Origin: Coniocarpon cinnabarinum
Taxonomy: Eukaryota
Length of the DNA: 64,000 nt
Assembly: GCA_051942205.1 (NCBI GenBank)
Contig: JAVECO010000087.1
Span: forward strand, 1-64,000
Reading direction: 5' to 3'
Position numbers and translations under genes: made by a program. The notes beneath the pieces were generated by a model. That model was not told the DNA's origin and made no database searches. It saw only the letters and a program-made list of their open reading frames with translations. Below are positions 46,739 to 60,800 of this stretch, piece by piece. Position 1 is the first letter of the stretch, and each line of letters starts with the position of its first letter.

Positions 46739-49426
46739 ATGTCCGACAAGCAATCCCGTGGCAAGCCGAGTAGAACAAAACGAAAAACAGCTGTGAGGAT
46801 CATTAACGACAAGATTGTTATGGTACCGGAGAAATCGTCAGCCGTTCAGCCGGCGATTCGGCGCCCGTCCAAGCCTGCGCGGGTAAGCTTCGCTACGGAT
46901 CAAACCCCAGCGTCTATCCGCCGGGATTCAGCTCGTACACACATGCGCTCGGTTCTGAAAATCCCCAACGAGAAGCCACAGACGCCACAGTGTGTATCAG
47001 TCGTGTCGAGAAAGCTCGAGCAGCACGCTCCAATTCCTAGACATTTGCCAGGTGTGCGACCCACGTGTGATACATGCCAGCAAGCGCATGAGACCGTTGC
47101 TGACGCGATTGCTTGTTATGCAATGCAGTTAGAGCGGCGCGAACCGACCGTAACACATCAGCGAGCTGATGCCTTGCAACCCCAGCCCTCTTCTCGGCGC
47201 AGCTCGTCAACCTCATCGCAGGTTCAGGACATGATTCGCCATTATGACAACATTTCGCGTACTGGAAGCAGAGTCCAGTCCTCTGCATCTATTGCATCAA
47301 AAGTTACGACGCCGTCTTCCCCAGAGTCCAACCATTCAAGCTCCAATCATCCTCGTGTTAGCAGTGTGAGCTCGCACTTGACTGGTTCGAGTGCTGAGTC
47401 CCCATTGCCAGACGATCATCGTGGGGTGTTGCATAAGCATACGTGGGAGCTGCTTCTTGCAAAGGAGGCTCAGAAACTCACTAAGACTTATCATCCTAAG
47501 GCAGATCAGGTGCAATATTCCTTCAAGGTAAGCGCACCCTTAAAGGCTCGGCCGGCTGACCATGCTCCAAAAGTGGGAAATTTTCGCAGCGTCTCTCACC
47601 GATATAATGACGCAGATTCGCGCACGTCGGCATCCCCGCAGTCGCAGAAGTATTATCGTTTCCCAACGCTGTCTACAGAGCGACGTGGCAGCGCCTCATC
47701 TCGATCTACCTTTGGTAAGCCGCCAAGCTCGACTGAAGCGTTTCCCCGCCTGCGCTCCAACGCAGTCCCTGCTAAAACCCCTCCAACAGTGGTATCAGGT
47801 CTTGGACACTCGCGACCGACGAGCTCGTTAAAGACTTTTCCAGTCCTTCGTCACCATGTCTCGTGGCGGCCTCTCCGAGAATCTGCAGCGCCGGCGGACA
47901 GCGATGACAGCTTCAATCGCCATGAGTGGACTCACTTTGAAAACATGCCGTTCTTGCAATCGAGCGCCACTCAACAGGATCAGACAGACCGTCGAGCGTC
48001 GGCTGATCGTCCTCAGAACACGCGTGACAGCTTCTCCGACTACGAGTGGGCTCATCTTGAGAGAGATATCCCTGGAGCATATGCGACGCCGCCCGAAAGC
48101 ATTCGCTCCAAGCCAAAGCTGCTGCCAGCTGGGTTCTCTCTGCAACCCATGCCTACAGCCGATATGCCCGCCCCTCAGCAGATTGCGGCATATGCAGAGG
48201 ACTACCTCAAGCGAGTGAATGACCGTGTAAAAGACTGGATACATCGGACATCCTTCTCTGAGAGTCCCGAGATGTGGCATCAGGAGCCGCTTCCTGAGTC
48301 GCCTGTAGTGTCTCAACCCCCTTCGTCGGCGATGCAGTGGGTCATGCGAGCCATGTTTGGCTCACCTACGCCTGCCACCCCTGTGGATGATCTATCGTAC
48401 CGACCGTCGCAGCGCTGGGACACAAATGATCGCATCATCTTCGGCAGCGACGGGTCTGAGCGTCCACTGCCAGTGCCCTCGCAGTATGCTGCACGTGCTC
48501 GAATCGCGCAACAGCAGTCAAACGCGCCTCGCTACTACGCGGACGACTCTGCAGAGGTAGGTCAAACTGTAGGTCAGGCACCCAGTAGCACGTTTATGCG
48601 TCCACGCGTGGCACCTAACCCACCTAGTAGCACGTATCTCAACCCTCGGGCCCCTCCTGCGCCGCCCGTTGCGCGTCACGCCCACGCCCATGCATCATCC
48701 CGCGAATCTCGCTATACTAACCCGCGCTCACGGTTTTCAGCCAGCACAGCTTCGTTCGGTCCTATGCAACCATATCCTGACCAGAGCATCTCTCAGCAAT
48801 TCTCTAAATTCTCACTAAACGTTAACACTCGTTCAGATGAGAGCGACTGGCTGCCCAACGCCGCCCCAGACCGGCCGGACACGCCTCACAGCGGTAACAC
48901 CATCCCCATGAGTCCCCGCTCTGTCCGGGGCTCCCCCCCTCCACTTCCAGCATCAGAGCCAAACGGTCCCATGAAGAAACTTCCTCTGCCCATGAATCCG
49001 GACCGCGACAACGTCTCACGTCTTTTCGCCGACTCCAGCGTCACCAGCCAGGCAAGCAACGACACGATGACGGACCTCGTCGAGGATCTCGCTGATTTGG
49101 TCGATAGTCAATTAGCGCAGGGCCGCCGCCTCTCTGAGATCGTTAAAGAATGGGAGGAACTCGCACGGGATGTGAATAAGCAGACGCAGCTGGGGCCGCA
49201 GTTTGAGGCGATTCTAGAGTCGTTGAGGGAGCAGGTTGTTGAGGAGCGGGAGATGGCGAGGGAGGCAGGGTGGAATGGGGTTGCTGATGGTGAGGAGGGT
49301 AAATTGGGGATGCGGGTTAAGGGGTCGTGGGGGTTGCGTACTATAGCGCGGAATGAGCGACGGGTTGCGCGACAGTTGTTGGAGGAGGAATTGGCGAGGA
49401 AGGCGAGGGGGAAGGGTGGGAGGTGA
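46739..49426 (+). CDS. Hypothetical Ser/Pro/Arg-rich protein with helical C-terminus (~895 aa)
   Basis: Long ORF with first ATG at 46739 (MSDKQSRG), a CDTCQQAH motif and a charged helical C-terminal region. No family recognised. Confidence 0.8.
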   Translation: MSDKQSRGKPSRTKRKTAVRIINDKIVMVPEKSSAVQPAIRRPSKPARVSFATDQTPASIRRDSARTHMRSVLKIPNEKPQTPQCVSVVSRKLEQHAPIPRHLPGVRPTCDTCQQAHETVADAIACYAMQLERREPTVTHQRADALQPQPSSRRSSSTSSQVQDMIRHYDNISRTGSRVQSSASIASKVTTPSSPESNHSSSNHPRVSSVSSHLTGSSAESPLPDDHRGVLHKHTWELLLAKEAQKLTKTYHPKADQVQYSFKVSAPLKARPADHAPKVGNFRSVSHRYNDADSRTSASPQSQKYYRFPTLSTERRGSASSRSTFGKPPSSTEAFPRLRSNAVPAKTPPTVVSGLGHSRPTSSLKTFPVLRHHVSWRPLRESAAPADSDDSFNRHEWTHFENMPFLQSSATQQDQTDRRASADRPQNTRDSFSDYEWAHLERDIPGAYATPPESIRSKPKLLPAGFSLQPMPTADMPAPQQIAAYAEDYLKRVNDRVKDWIHRTSFSESPEMWHQEPLPESPVVSQPPSSAMQWVMRAMFGSPTPATPVDDLSYRPSQRWDTNDRIIFGSDGSERPLPVPSQYAARARIAQQQSNAPRYYADDSAEVGQTVGQAPSSTFMRPRVAPNPPSSTYLNPRAPPAPPVARHAHAHASSRESRYTNPRSRFSASTASFGPMQPYPDQSISQQFSKFSLNVNTRSDESDWLPNAAPDRPDTPHSGNTIPMSPRSVRGSPPPLPASEPNGPMKKLPLPMNPDRDNVSRLFADSSVTSQASNDTMTDLVEDLADLVDSQLAQGRRLSEIVKEWEELARDVNKQTQLGPQFEAILESLREQVVEEREMAREAGWNGVADGEEGKLGMRVKGSWGLRTIARNERRVARQLLEEELARKARGKGGR

Positions 49427-50770
49427 GTATTAAACTCCTGGTGAGTTCTGTTTCTTTAGTTTTCTATCGGAAATATAATTAAGAGTCAAGATTAAGTTGA
49501 TGGTTCAACTACAATTCTTGAACTTCGTAGCATTGTGATCATATTGCTAACACATTCATGTCTTTTCCTCTGTCTCTGAGATATAAAGTAGCTGGTAATC
49601 ACAGCAGGCTTGACACCTCTATTGCGAGTCTCGAAGCTCCAAAGCTTTTAGCGCGACCTGCACTGCGGTGAATCAATTGGAGACGCGCGATTTAGAAAAC
49701 GACAACTCGATGCGAGGTTTTGCTCATATGCCAATGCTGGGCCCGGGATAAAACTCAGTAGCTCGTCATTCTCTCCTGCGGTTTCACCACTCAGTGACCG
49801 TTACGTCATCTCTGTGTCCGCGTCTCAGCGCGGCTGGGGACTGCAGTGATAAAACAAGACACACAATCCAATGAGAGAGAAAGAAGGAGATTGAAATGGG
49901 TGAGAGAGTGGCGAGGTCTGCAACTCTGGCAGCTGTTTTCAAGGACAAAGATCGAGTGAGGATAGGAAATGGGTAGAGAGCAGCAAAACCTGCAACTCTG
50001 CCGACGACCTTCAGAAAAGTGATATTGGATCGAGCGAAAACCGAAGATTAAACGATGGCAGGGACTAGTCAATGATGGCAGGACGTACCTCAGCAAATCG
50101 TAGACGTCAACAGGAAACACTAGCGAACAGGCAAATTCACGACAGGCGAATTCGCGACATGCATTCTCACTCCAGCATTTCGCTTGGCAGTTGCTAGTAG
50201 GAAATTGATAGTCGCGTTTGGTAGACAGTAAGTGTGCAGAGCACTGGTCAGAAGGTTTTTCTGCAAATCAATGTGATGGGTTTGCTCTGTCGTTTTAAAG
50301 CTGTGATATCGTTGATGGTATTGGGTATTCGCTCTTTTAAATTAAGGGGTCACCATGGTTAGATAGCCACACAGAGCGTGATGTCGAAGTCTTTCAAGCC
50401 AAGTAGACTTTTGCGGATATTGTCACGGCCAGCGAGCACTCGAATCTCATGTGCAAGGCGGTCTTGTTTGGATATACGTGAGAGTGTTGAGGCAAGGCAG
50501 CTGATCCGGCGTGTGGTACAGAGCATGTCAGGCAGGGAGACAGCCCTCATCAGTTCATTCAGAGCACCGTTGTTGCTTGAGATGTACGATAGCAGCGTTC
50601 TGCTATGGGCAGATTCGGACGACCGCAGCTTAGCACTGCATTCTCGCACGGTGTTTCACAATAGAGCGATAGCTTCGATTGAGGCTACAGCAGCAGTACG
50701 AACGGGTTCTCTCTCCTCTGCGCTCCGTACGTGTCTATCACTGCGTATTTTGCAGTCTCACTCGCGTCCT

Positions 50771-51593
50771 CTATCTCCTCATCACCCTCGAATAGAACGC
50801 CAGCTCCTCTCCCTCCAGCACGTACCCATCCGCGCGACCACACTGTCCCGGTCTCGAAGAGACGACCGCATAGAGTCTCCCCGCCTCAAACTGGCGCTCA
50901 AGCCCCAACTCAACCTTGCCCATATTCTTAAACCGAGCCTCCTGCTTCCTCGTCACCGCACTACTCTTCTTCGTCTCCTCCTCAGACGCCTGCCCGGGTC
51001 TTTGACGTCGTCGTCCCAAATTCTGGCCGTAATGACTCTCGTACCACTGCCGGAAGGGCGCGGCGTCGATCTGCACGACCGCAGATTTCGTCAGGGTGTT
51101 GGTCCGCACGAGCTCGTTGTTGGAGGGGTGGTACGCCACTTGGATGACGCGCGTCTTGCGGGTGATGCTTTCGGAGCCCCAGGCGAAGTTGCCGGCGTCG
51201 AGGCGGAGGGCACGGAATTTGCGGGCGCCGCCCCGGACGCGGACGGAGTGGACGCGCTTGGCGCCGATGCGGGTGGTGGCTGTTTGGCGGCCTTTTTGGA
51301 AGGCTCTGTGGGTTGGTTTGTTAGTTGTTGCTTAATTTGCAGCGGGAGGTAGGTGCGTGCGTGCGTGCAAATGTGGGCGTGTGATTATGGGCATGGGTGT
51401 GGGGTTGAGAGTTGGGTTTTTGGGTAGGGCTGGGTCGAGTTGAGAAAGTTTCGATTTACCTCTTCTTGCGGTAAAAGGCGCGTTTGGCACCAGATGCTGA
51501 GCGCTTGTGACGGGAGTCACGAGAGATACTGTGTTCAAAGTTAGTATTTGGATGTCAATCATTCTTGGGATGTCAAGATTGCGCTTACCCCAT
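50771..51593 (-). CDS. RPS8: 40S ribosomal protein S8 (eS8; 3 exons)
   Basis: MG|ISRDSRHKRSASGAKRAFYRKKR, YHPSNNELVRTNTLTKSAVVQIDAAPFRQWYE and SSRPGQCGRADGYVLEGEEL, with strong codon bias. Confidence 0.99.
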
Positions 51594-52189
51594 ATTTGCG
51601 GTCTGTCAGCAACGATGGCTGTGAAATTTAGTCAGCGAAGCTTCTGTGACAACATTTGGACTGTAAATCGTAGGTTGATGGGCGTGCAGGTCAAAAGTGC
51701 AATCGTTCGAGTGTTGCGAGGCTCGTGACGTGACGTCGGACAGAACAATTGTGCGGCTGCGCGACCTGGTGTGAACTCAAAAGAGCAATTTCCAAAGACC
51801 TACCTGATCGATAGACCACGACAATATGAGACGCTGTGAACGAAGTGTCGACTTCTTGAACGCTGGATGGTAGAGCGTCTGGTTAGGTCGAAGTGCTGTG
51901 ACGCCAAGCCTATTTTCGCGCTGTGTGTGCACGGATATCAATTACATAAGCGTACTCTTTCTTGGGGGCAGGCCCGCAAGAAATTCATCTTCAGATGTCT
52001 CTACTCATTCGCATGCGACTTTGATTTCATCGTATAAGTAAGTCGCTATTGCCTGCAAGCCAATTGCAAAAACATCATCGAAGAACAGATTCGTAGCACA
52101 GGACTCTCTTTAGAGTTCAATTATGGGTTCTATATACACATCTCGGACGATTACTCTTTCCTCCGAATGATCACTCTTTCACAAGGTCC

Positions 52190-54124
52190 TCAGAAATTGA
52201 TCATGCGAGCAACCTTTGGCACCGCTGTACCAGTCTGAGTTGCACTAGTCTCGGATGAAGAAGTACTACTGGGAAGGGCCACAAAAGGCTCAGTGTGCGT
52301 CGCTGTAGCTTCGCCCTGTGTGTCGTAATCGGCAGCCACCATCTGTTTACCGTCGGCAACATTTCGGTGCGAAATAGCTCGGGAGAAGAGCGCGAAGGCG
52401 GCTTCCGGCTGATAATATGGCACTTCATGGCCGGACTCGTACACACGTGTAAAGGAGAAGTTGCCAGCTTGACGAGTCTCTCCCACTTCGGTGCCATTGT
52501 CGAGGATCATGGGCACGTAACCCGCGGCACGGAAGGCGTCCTGGTTTGTGTAGTTGATTTCTTTCGACACAGCTTCACCACCGAACCAGTTGCACTGTTG
52601 GGGAAATGTCAGCGTGGAAAGGATTGCAAGTGCTTCAGGCAGTGGTTCACTTACGATGTAATCGGCGTCTCCGTAGATCATGCTGACCGACACGCCAGTG
52701 TTGAGTATGTCTTGCAAGTCTTCGAGTAGTGAAGTGTAGACGAAGTCTCCTGTCTGCTGGAAAGCCCAGTAGATGTCATTGTTTGCGGCTGTAAAAGCAT
52801 TTCGTCAGTGCTTGCGATTCATCAAACTTGGTAAAAGGTAAGAGATGCACATACTCGTATAATTAAGATCAACACCAATCGCTTGCTGTACGTAACCCTG
52901 GTTCAAGTAGTCCGCAAAGTAGTCCGCAGGCGTAGGATCGTCATACGGATGGCGAATGTCATAGACGCCTCGTTCGCCGTAGAAGTAGTACGGAGACTCA
53001 ACGTTATCACGACACATGTCAGCAGCCTCAGTGCAGATTGCCTGGCCGGCCGCTGTTGATTGGTCTGCTTCGGCACAGAGATCAATTTGGTCACGGCAGC
53101 CGTTGTCCATGTAGTATGCAAAGGTTGCATAGTTGTACACTGTGTCGTTCAATGCCTTGATGCCATAGGTATTGTTGTTGGCGAAGATCGGGTAGTAAGG
53201 CGCCTGAATGCGTTCACTGATGATGGCATTAATCAGACCAAGGGTGTTGATCTCCAAGTGTGTACCCTGGCTAGTTCCGTTCGCAATGGCGTCGTTCTGG
53301 TCTTGGAAGTAATGGAAGAAGGCAGGTCCGTAATGACCGCCATAGGATTCTGTCCAGAGGTTGAAGACCTTTGAAGTGGTGGTAGGATCCAGTGAATCGA
53401 TGTTGGCGTAGAAAGCTTGGATTATTTCCCATCCTGCCATTGCCGCTAGCTGAGTGGTGTCGATAGCTAGTGGGTCTGTCGTTGGATAGCGCCCATCTGG
53501 CGGAGCCTCCGAAGCGTTCTGGAAAGCTCCACTGACATTATTGAGCGAGCCAATCTCCTCCTCCATGTAGGAGAAGCCCGTGCCGAACGGCTGCGACAGG
53601 AAGATCATGTTGGACACGTTCGTCCAGGAGTAAGGATTGATATAGGAGTGAAGATCCTCTGTGATGGCGCAGGGGCCCAACTCTGCCGCACATTAGTAAT
53701 GTTTTTTCGTCTCGCGTTGGTTCATGGTACTACCTTCGAAGAGTCCTATTTGTGAATCACTACCCGGGCCACCGTTGAGCCATAAAGTGATAGGGTCACT
53801 CGCGGGATCTGATCTTGATTCGAAGAACCAGAAGAAGGAGTGCATGTTTGGCGCGAGATCGATGTACCCGGAGTAGGAGTTTACACCAGGCGTGGTCTCG
53901 CAGACACCCTCTTTACCGGGCTCCTTATACCTGACGTTTACGCCAGAAGGCGAGGTAATCGTCATGTAGTCTTCTATCGGCGCCGGGTACACCACTGGCG
54001 CATCCTGACGCTTGCCAAAGTGTTTGAGCTTCTCATCTCTGGTGCTGTGTCCTTTCACAGGAGTCTTGAAGGCACTGACGCTCAGCGCAGAGAGCGCGAG
54101 CGCAGACAGAGTAGAGCTCTTCAT
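52190..54124 (-). CDS. Secreted serine carboxypeptidase, peptidase family S10 (4 exons)
   Basis: Signal peptide [28 protein letters not shown], catalytic [19 protein letters not shown] (spliced) and [10 protein letters not shown], with a Ser/Thr-rich tail. Confidence 0.95.
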
Positions 54125-55407
54125 GATGACAATGTTCTGGCAGAGTTCGAACCAATTAAGGCGTTCACTCTCAAACTGTAATCCCAAAGACCTTCACGTA
54201 CACTTGCACAAGAGATGACATCCAGAGCGGGCAGCAGCTGCTTCTTAATGTTGCAAGCCATTGCTGGAACATCATCGCCGAGTACTGACAGGCCTGTGTG
54301 AGCTTCCAGAAGAGCGCTAGGTGGCGCACGATGACGGCAGAGCCGCCATGGAATGCAAGACTGCATCATGTCTTTCGAGGACATGGCGGGGGGATCAGAG
54401 ACGGGGCACTGATAAGATGGTCGTCTAAGCAATTTGTGGAAGCTCAGGGTACCTCCCAAGAAACTCTCCAGACGAGGATGTAGATCGAATGGCACCTTTC
54501 TAACTTGCGTGAGTCTAGTGCGGATTACGGGACTGAACTGCTCCTCGACGTGCATCGAAGTGCTCGATGCCCGCGTGGAGGTACTTGCCAGCCACCTGCA
54601 TTGGACGGCGTCGAGCTGTACGTTGCTCATGATACGATTGGTAGAAGAAGGCGCGAGCAGTGGTGGAACCGGCGTCATGTCCCACAATGAAAATGGCCAG
54701 GCCTGATTGACTATCGGGCGCGTCGGGGTTCGTCACATCCCCGTACGTCATGCATCCCAATGGCAAGCTTCACACGATTGCTGGTGGCTGGTCACAATCT
54801 TGAACGGTCCGTCCGCGTCTTTGTAGGCCTTTCACGAGCGAGACTTGCTGTGGACTCAGCAGAATCGCACTTGGCCGTTATCGAGGCCCGCCAACGGTGA
54901 TCTTCCTCGGTTACTTGAGTCAAGCTTTAGCCCTTTCAACATTAGTGTATCGTACCATGCAGATCACGAATCAGTCAACACTCGATGCCACAATCTTGCA
55001 TCCTGGATTGTAATTTTCTCGACTGAAATGAATGCAGCAGTCGATAAAGAAAAGGGGATTGTGGCAGCGATGGCAATGACCAGTGACTTTGCTGTTGCCC
55101 TGACTGTGCATGATCTACTTGCCTTCCATGCACAGAGCCTTAAGCATAGGGATTGTCTCAATATCAACCCTCTCCTCAAAGGCAGGGCAAAGATAACAGC
55201 ATCGCAGTCACACCCATTCTCGCATCGTACATTTCTCGACTATAACCGGCTTCGTTTCAAGCTCTTCATCTCTGTGGATGACGCTGCGCACGTGTGAGAA
55301 CCCTGATGGGCATGGCTCACGTCGCTCTCCCATGCGCTTTTCTCGCCTGACTGCCACGTACTCAGAATCTTCGCATTCATCATCATTCTCCCTGCAGCAG
55401 ACTAAGC

Positions 55408-56779
<1,372 letters not shown>

Positions 56780-56901
56780 GCTGGGCGCGTTCAAAGTGAA
56801 GAAGCAGGGGAAAAGGAGCAGCAACAGAAAGAGAGAAAATAGTAATCAATCACACGAAACGTCGGGTACCAGGCCGAAAAAGAGAAATGAAATGCCCCGC
56901 A

Positions 56902-56919
56902 ACGTCAGGTACCTGACGT
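56902..56919. promoter_or_regulatory. Perfect 18-bp palindrome upstream of SFA1
   Basis: ACGTCAGGTACCTGACGT equals its own reverse complement and contains two inverted TGACGT half-sites. Regulatory role is inferred. Confidence 0.5.
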
Positions 56920-57891
56920 ACCTCAGAGATACGTAGGTGTAGCCAGCGTGGGGCCAATGCCGAAACAACTCCGACGCTCACTGGAAAGACGGCGAAAGCA
57001 CCACATTCTTTACAGAGCAGTGAATTACGGGACGTTTACCTGCTGTCATCATGACTCTGCGCGAAGAGCCTATAGACTAGCATTAACATGCAGCTTGAGC
57101 TAGCCAAATAGCGACGAAAGCAGTTGGAGCATCACAGAGCACTGAATTGCATAGTGGCAAATGCTCTTCTCATAGAATCATTTCTTGAGATGCACGTGAT
57201 CGTAAATTCTGCTAACACGTGACATATCTGAAAGCCAGCAACGTAGACACATATCAAATGCATTCATCTACGTGCTTGACGCACAACCCCCCTCATCAAA
57301 CCCACATATACAATCGTTTTGTCCTCCACCTGTACATATCAACAGAAAAGCAAAACAGCAGACTCAAAAAGACCACCAACGCCACGCTTGGGTATCAAAC
57401 ACACTCCCTATCCCGTAATCATACACATCCCTCCCACTGCAACAACGAACAGACAGAAACCCAGCCACCGCCCGCGCCTACCCGCGCCGCCCAAAGAACA
57501 TCCCCAGCTCCCTGCTCTCGTTCCGAGCATCGACCTCCTTGGCGGTCTGGTGCTCGACCGCCAAGGAGCGCCGATACTCGGGCAGAGGCTTGCCCACCTC
57601 CTCCATGAGCACGCTCTGGCGGCGAGCGTGCTGCCGACGTTGACGTTCCCCCCGGGTCTCGATCGGGAGGGTGCCCCGCGCGGCGCGACGTTCGCGCTCA
57701 GCGCGGGACACGTAGACCTCCCGAACGTTCGAGTCCGAGGGGGCGGCAGCCTGCTGGCCGGAGGCTTGTCGAGCGCGCTCTGGATGGAAAATGTTGCCGA
57801 TGAAGGAGGCAACAGAAGGGCCGAGGCGCTTGAGCCCCGGAGCGCTGGCGATATGCTTGAGGGCGCGGGCTCGCCCCGTCGAGGCGCGGCC

Positions 57892-60800
57892 CTAACGCGC
57901 CCCGACGTCCAGCTTGCTCAGGCGCTTGAAGAAGCCCCCGCCCTTCTTGTGGCCGCCGGGGAGGTGCTCCGGGTCGTCGAGCCCTTCGAGGCCCAGAGTT
58001 CCCAGCGGAGGCGTGGCGAGGTGCGTCGCACCTCCTTGAATGCTGGTGACCTCATGCTTGGATTGCGTATGAGGTACGACGCCCTCGCCACTGGGCTTTG
58101 GCGGTGCTGTGTTGGTGGGACCCTGCGCCCGAGCGGCTGGCTTCGATGACTCAGCCCTGGACGGTGTTATGAGCGCGTAATATTCGATTATTGGCGCGAA
58201 AGTAGTGGCAATCTCCTTTTGTAGGTCGGCTCGAGTGGCGAGGTGCGCGCCACGAGCATATGTGTCCAACGCGAAGCGAATCTTCAAATAGTGCTCAACG
58301 AGACTTGCCTTCAGAGCCTGGCGCATGGGGTCCTGTACTTGGCGTATGAGTTCCGCATCTGTGACTGGAGGCTCCAAGTCAAAGTCATCGCTGAGAGGAT
58401 CCAGGCATTGTGCTTTCACTGGACGCTTTTCTTCCAGAAGGAGGTCCCAGTAACGCCAGACGCCCCCAGGGGACTTGGACGACACCAGTATCATGAGCAT
58501 CTCGGTCAACGCAGTCATGTTTGCCTCTCCGCCCTCTTGCGCTTGGTCAATGCGCTGACCCAGCTCACGCGTCTTGCGTGTCGTACGGTCAATGCCGATG
58601 TGTATGGGGTCAATAGTGACTTTTTCGATCTTGGTAATCTCTGATCGGCGGAGGACGGTAGGAAAAGGCTTTGCAACAGTGAAAATCGTCTTCTCTTGAA
58701 TTTGTTCCGCCACTGGTTGGGAGTTCGAGACTTTGCGGGTCGTGTACCCAAACTTCGTCGGAGTAGCATACATCACATGGTCTTTGATTGCCAGACTCGC
58801 GTTGTAGTAGCGATGGACAGGTTGTGAGTAGTCAGGCTGTATGGATACTGGAGAAACGGAAATGTATTGGCCTTCCACCTCACGCAACTCGCCGCCGCCC
58901 ACCAGTTTAGCATTTGGATATTGACCCTGTAGCCGATCTTCAAAGGCCGATGATCGATCGGTGCCCTCGGTCTCGAAGATGAATTGTTTATCTCGTAGGG
59001 CGTCAGAAAAGCCAAGGCCACGGAATTGCACGCGGAAGTATCGGCAGTCTCGACGGTCGCCCTTGCTGATTTTCTCGTTGATCACTGCGGTAGCCCGCTG
59101 AGCACGTGCGAGTTTGCTGTAATCGAATGTCGTCTTCATGTACTGTGTGGCAAGCTCAGCGTGTACCTCCAGCGCGTGGTACCACGCGCGACTTGTCTCA
59201 TAATGCTCTAGCATCTTGAAACAGATTTGTTCTTTGCGCTGGAAAGCAGTCTGTGAGGGAAACGCAAGATCTGTGATCGCAGGAAGAACTGTTTCTGTAT
59301 CCCACTCGATAATGTCTGCGTGTAGTTGAAGCGCAAGTCCAGCTTCTGTGAAGTTTTTGGCCTGGACATGCATGTTCGACAGTCGGTGAACATAGCCGAC
59401 GTACTTGTCGAACTTGCCAAGTGCCTTGTAGTATTCCAGAAGTCGAACAATCTCGTAGTGTTGACCAGACTCACCGGCAAATTCTGGTACGTAGGCGGCA
59501 ACAAGAAGGTCTAACAGGCCACTGATGGTATTCAACAACGATTGAGTGGCATTCCGTAGCCTCTGGTCGGTCAGGGAAGCATCTTGATCAAAACAAACTC
59601 GCAGCTCATCCACAAACACACTGTGCAGCGCCTCACCACTGAACACTTGTTGCTCGAAAACATGATCGAGACTATCGATCATTGAAGTCTGGACGACGTC
59701 GAGGTTGCCATCTAGCATCCAAGTTCCGATGATGATCGAGCGCATGACGGATATGCCGACGCTTCGAAGTCCATCATGAGGGCTTAGACACAGCTCGACT
59801 AAGGGTGCCACAAGAAGCGGTGCAAGGCCGCTTTGAAGCCCGCCAACTTTGTCAATTCCATACGTGCTTTGATCTTGATCAGACAGCTCCCAACCGAGGG
59901 CATGCCAGCTAAGGGCTAGGAGCTCAGCGCCACCCTCGCGGATGTCACCACCTACTTTCCACACTGCTCGACGGCGCTGTTCTGGGAATCTTTCCACTTC
60001 AACCGCTTTAGATGTGACTAGTTTCAAAAGCATTGTCAGAAAGGAATACCACAGCTTATCATCAAAGCTCAGCGCATCATCTGGTTCCGGCAGGAACTTG
60101 ACAGTCAGGACTTGGTACAGCGATTGCATGAATCTCAAGCAAGAGCGATGATGGTAAATGTGGATAGTGAGCCAATCAGAGGGAAAAGCGTCAAAGTCCA
60201 GGATTGATTTGCCAACATCGAGAATAGCACTGAGTCCCGTTGATAGCTCGTTGACAGGAAGGTCGGGATATTGCTCTGGTGGAGTGCTTGCTGTCTCTGC
60301 AAGAAGTGCGGCAAGTTCGAGGAGCGCTTCGTCATACTGCGCCTTCGCGCCGCTGTGTGTTGTTGGAAATGGATAGGAGGTCGGAAACAGTGGCGTGACG
60401 ACATTAGCCGGCGAATGTAGCTGGGTGTGCTCGCGGATGATGAGGTAGGATTGGTAGAGTTTTCGGGTCCAAAATACAGTATTTGCAGTGCCATACTTTT
60501 CGTATAGCGTAGCGACGATGGTGCAGCAGAGTCGAATCTGATCTCGCCATTGTGGCGGCGGATCATCTGCCAGGCCCCAATGCGGCGAGATCCAGTCAGC
60601 AACATGCCGAAGCCACTCAGTACGTGTTTCTTCGGCAGGGAATATTTCTGCATCTGAGATGTGCTGAATCAGGACGAGTTTGTAGAGGATTGTTTGGCCT
60701 TCGACTTGGCTGAGCGCATTGACAAAGTTGATGGCGACAGTGAGTATTTCCTCAGAATTCATGACTCCTTTGAGTTCGGGTAAGTATGTGTGAAAGTTCT

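Noticed and set aside
50378..51352. 324-aa + strand ORF
   Set aside because: Largely antisense to the codon-biased RPS8 exon; a shadow ORF with no protein-like features.
16332..54124. A single endomembrane gene cluster (BiP, Doa4, Vps27, RTA1, NCR1, carboxypeptidase)
   Set aside because: The functional category is broad and unrelated genes are interspersed; only the two divergent pairs were kept as findings.
57319..58149. 276-aa + strand ORF overlapping the DOCK 3' end
   Set aside because: Non-ATG start, antisense to a GC-rich coding region, and no recognisable domain.
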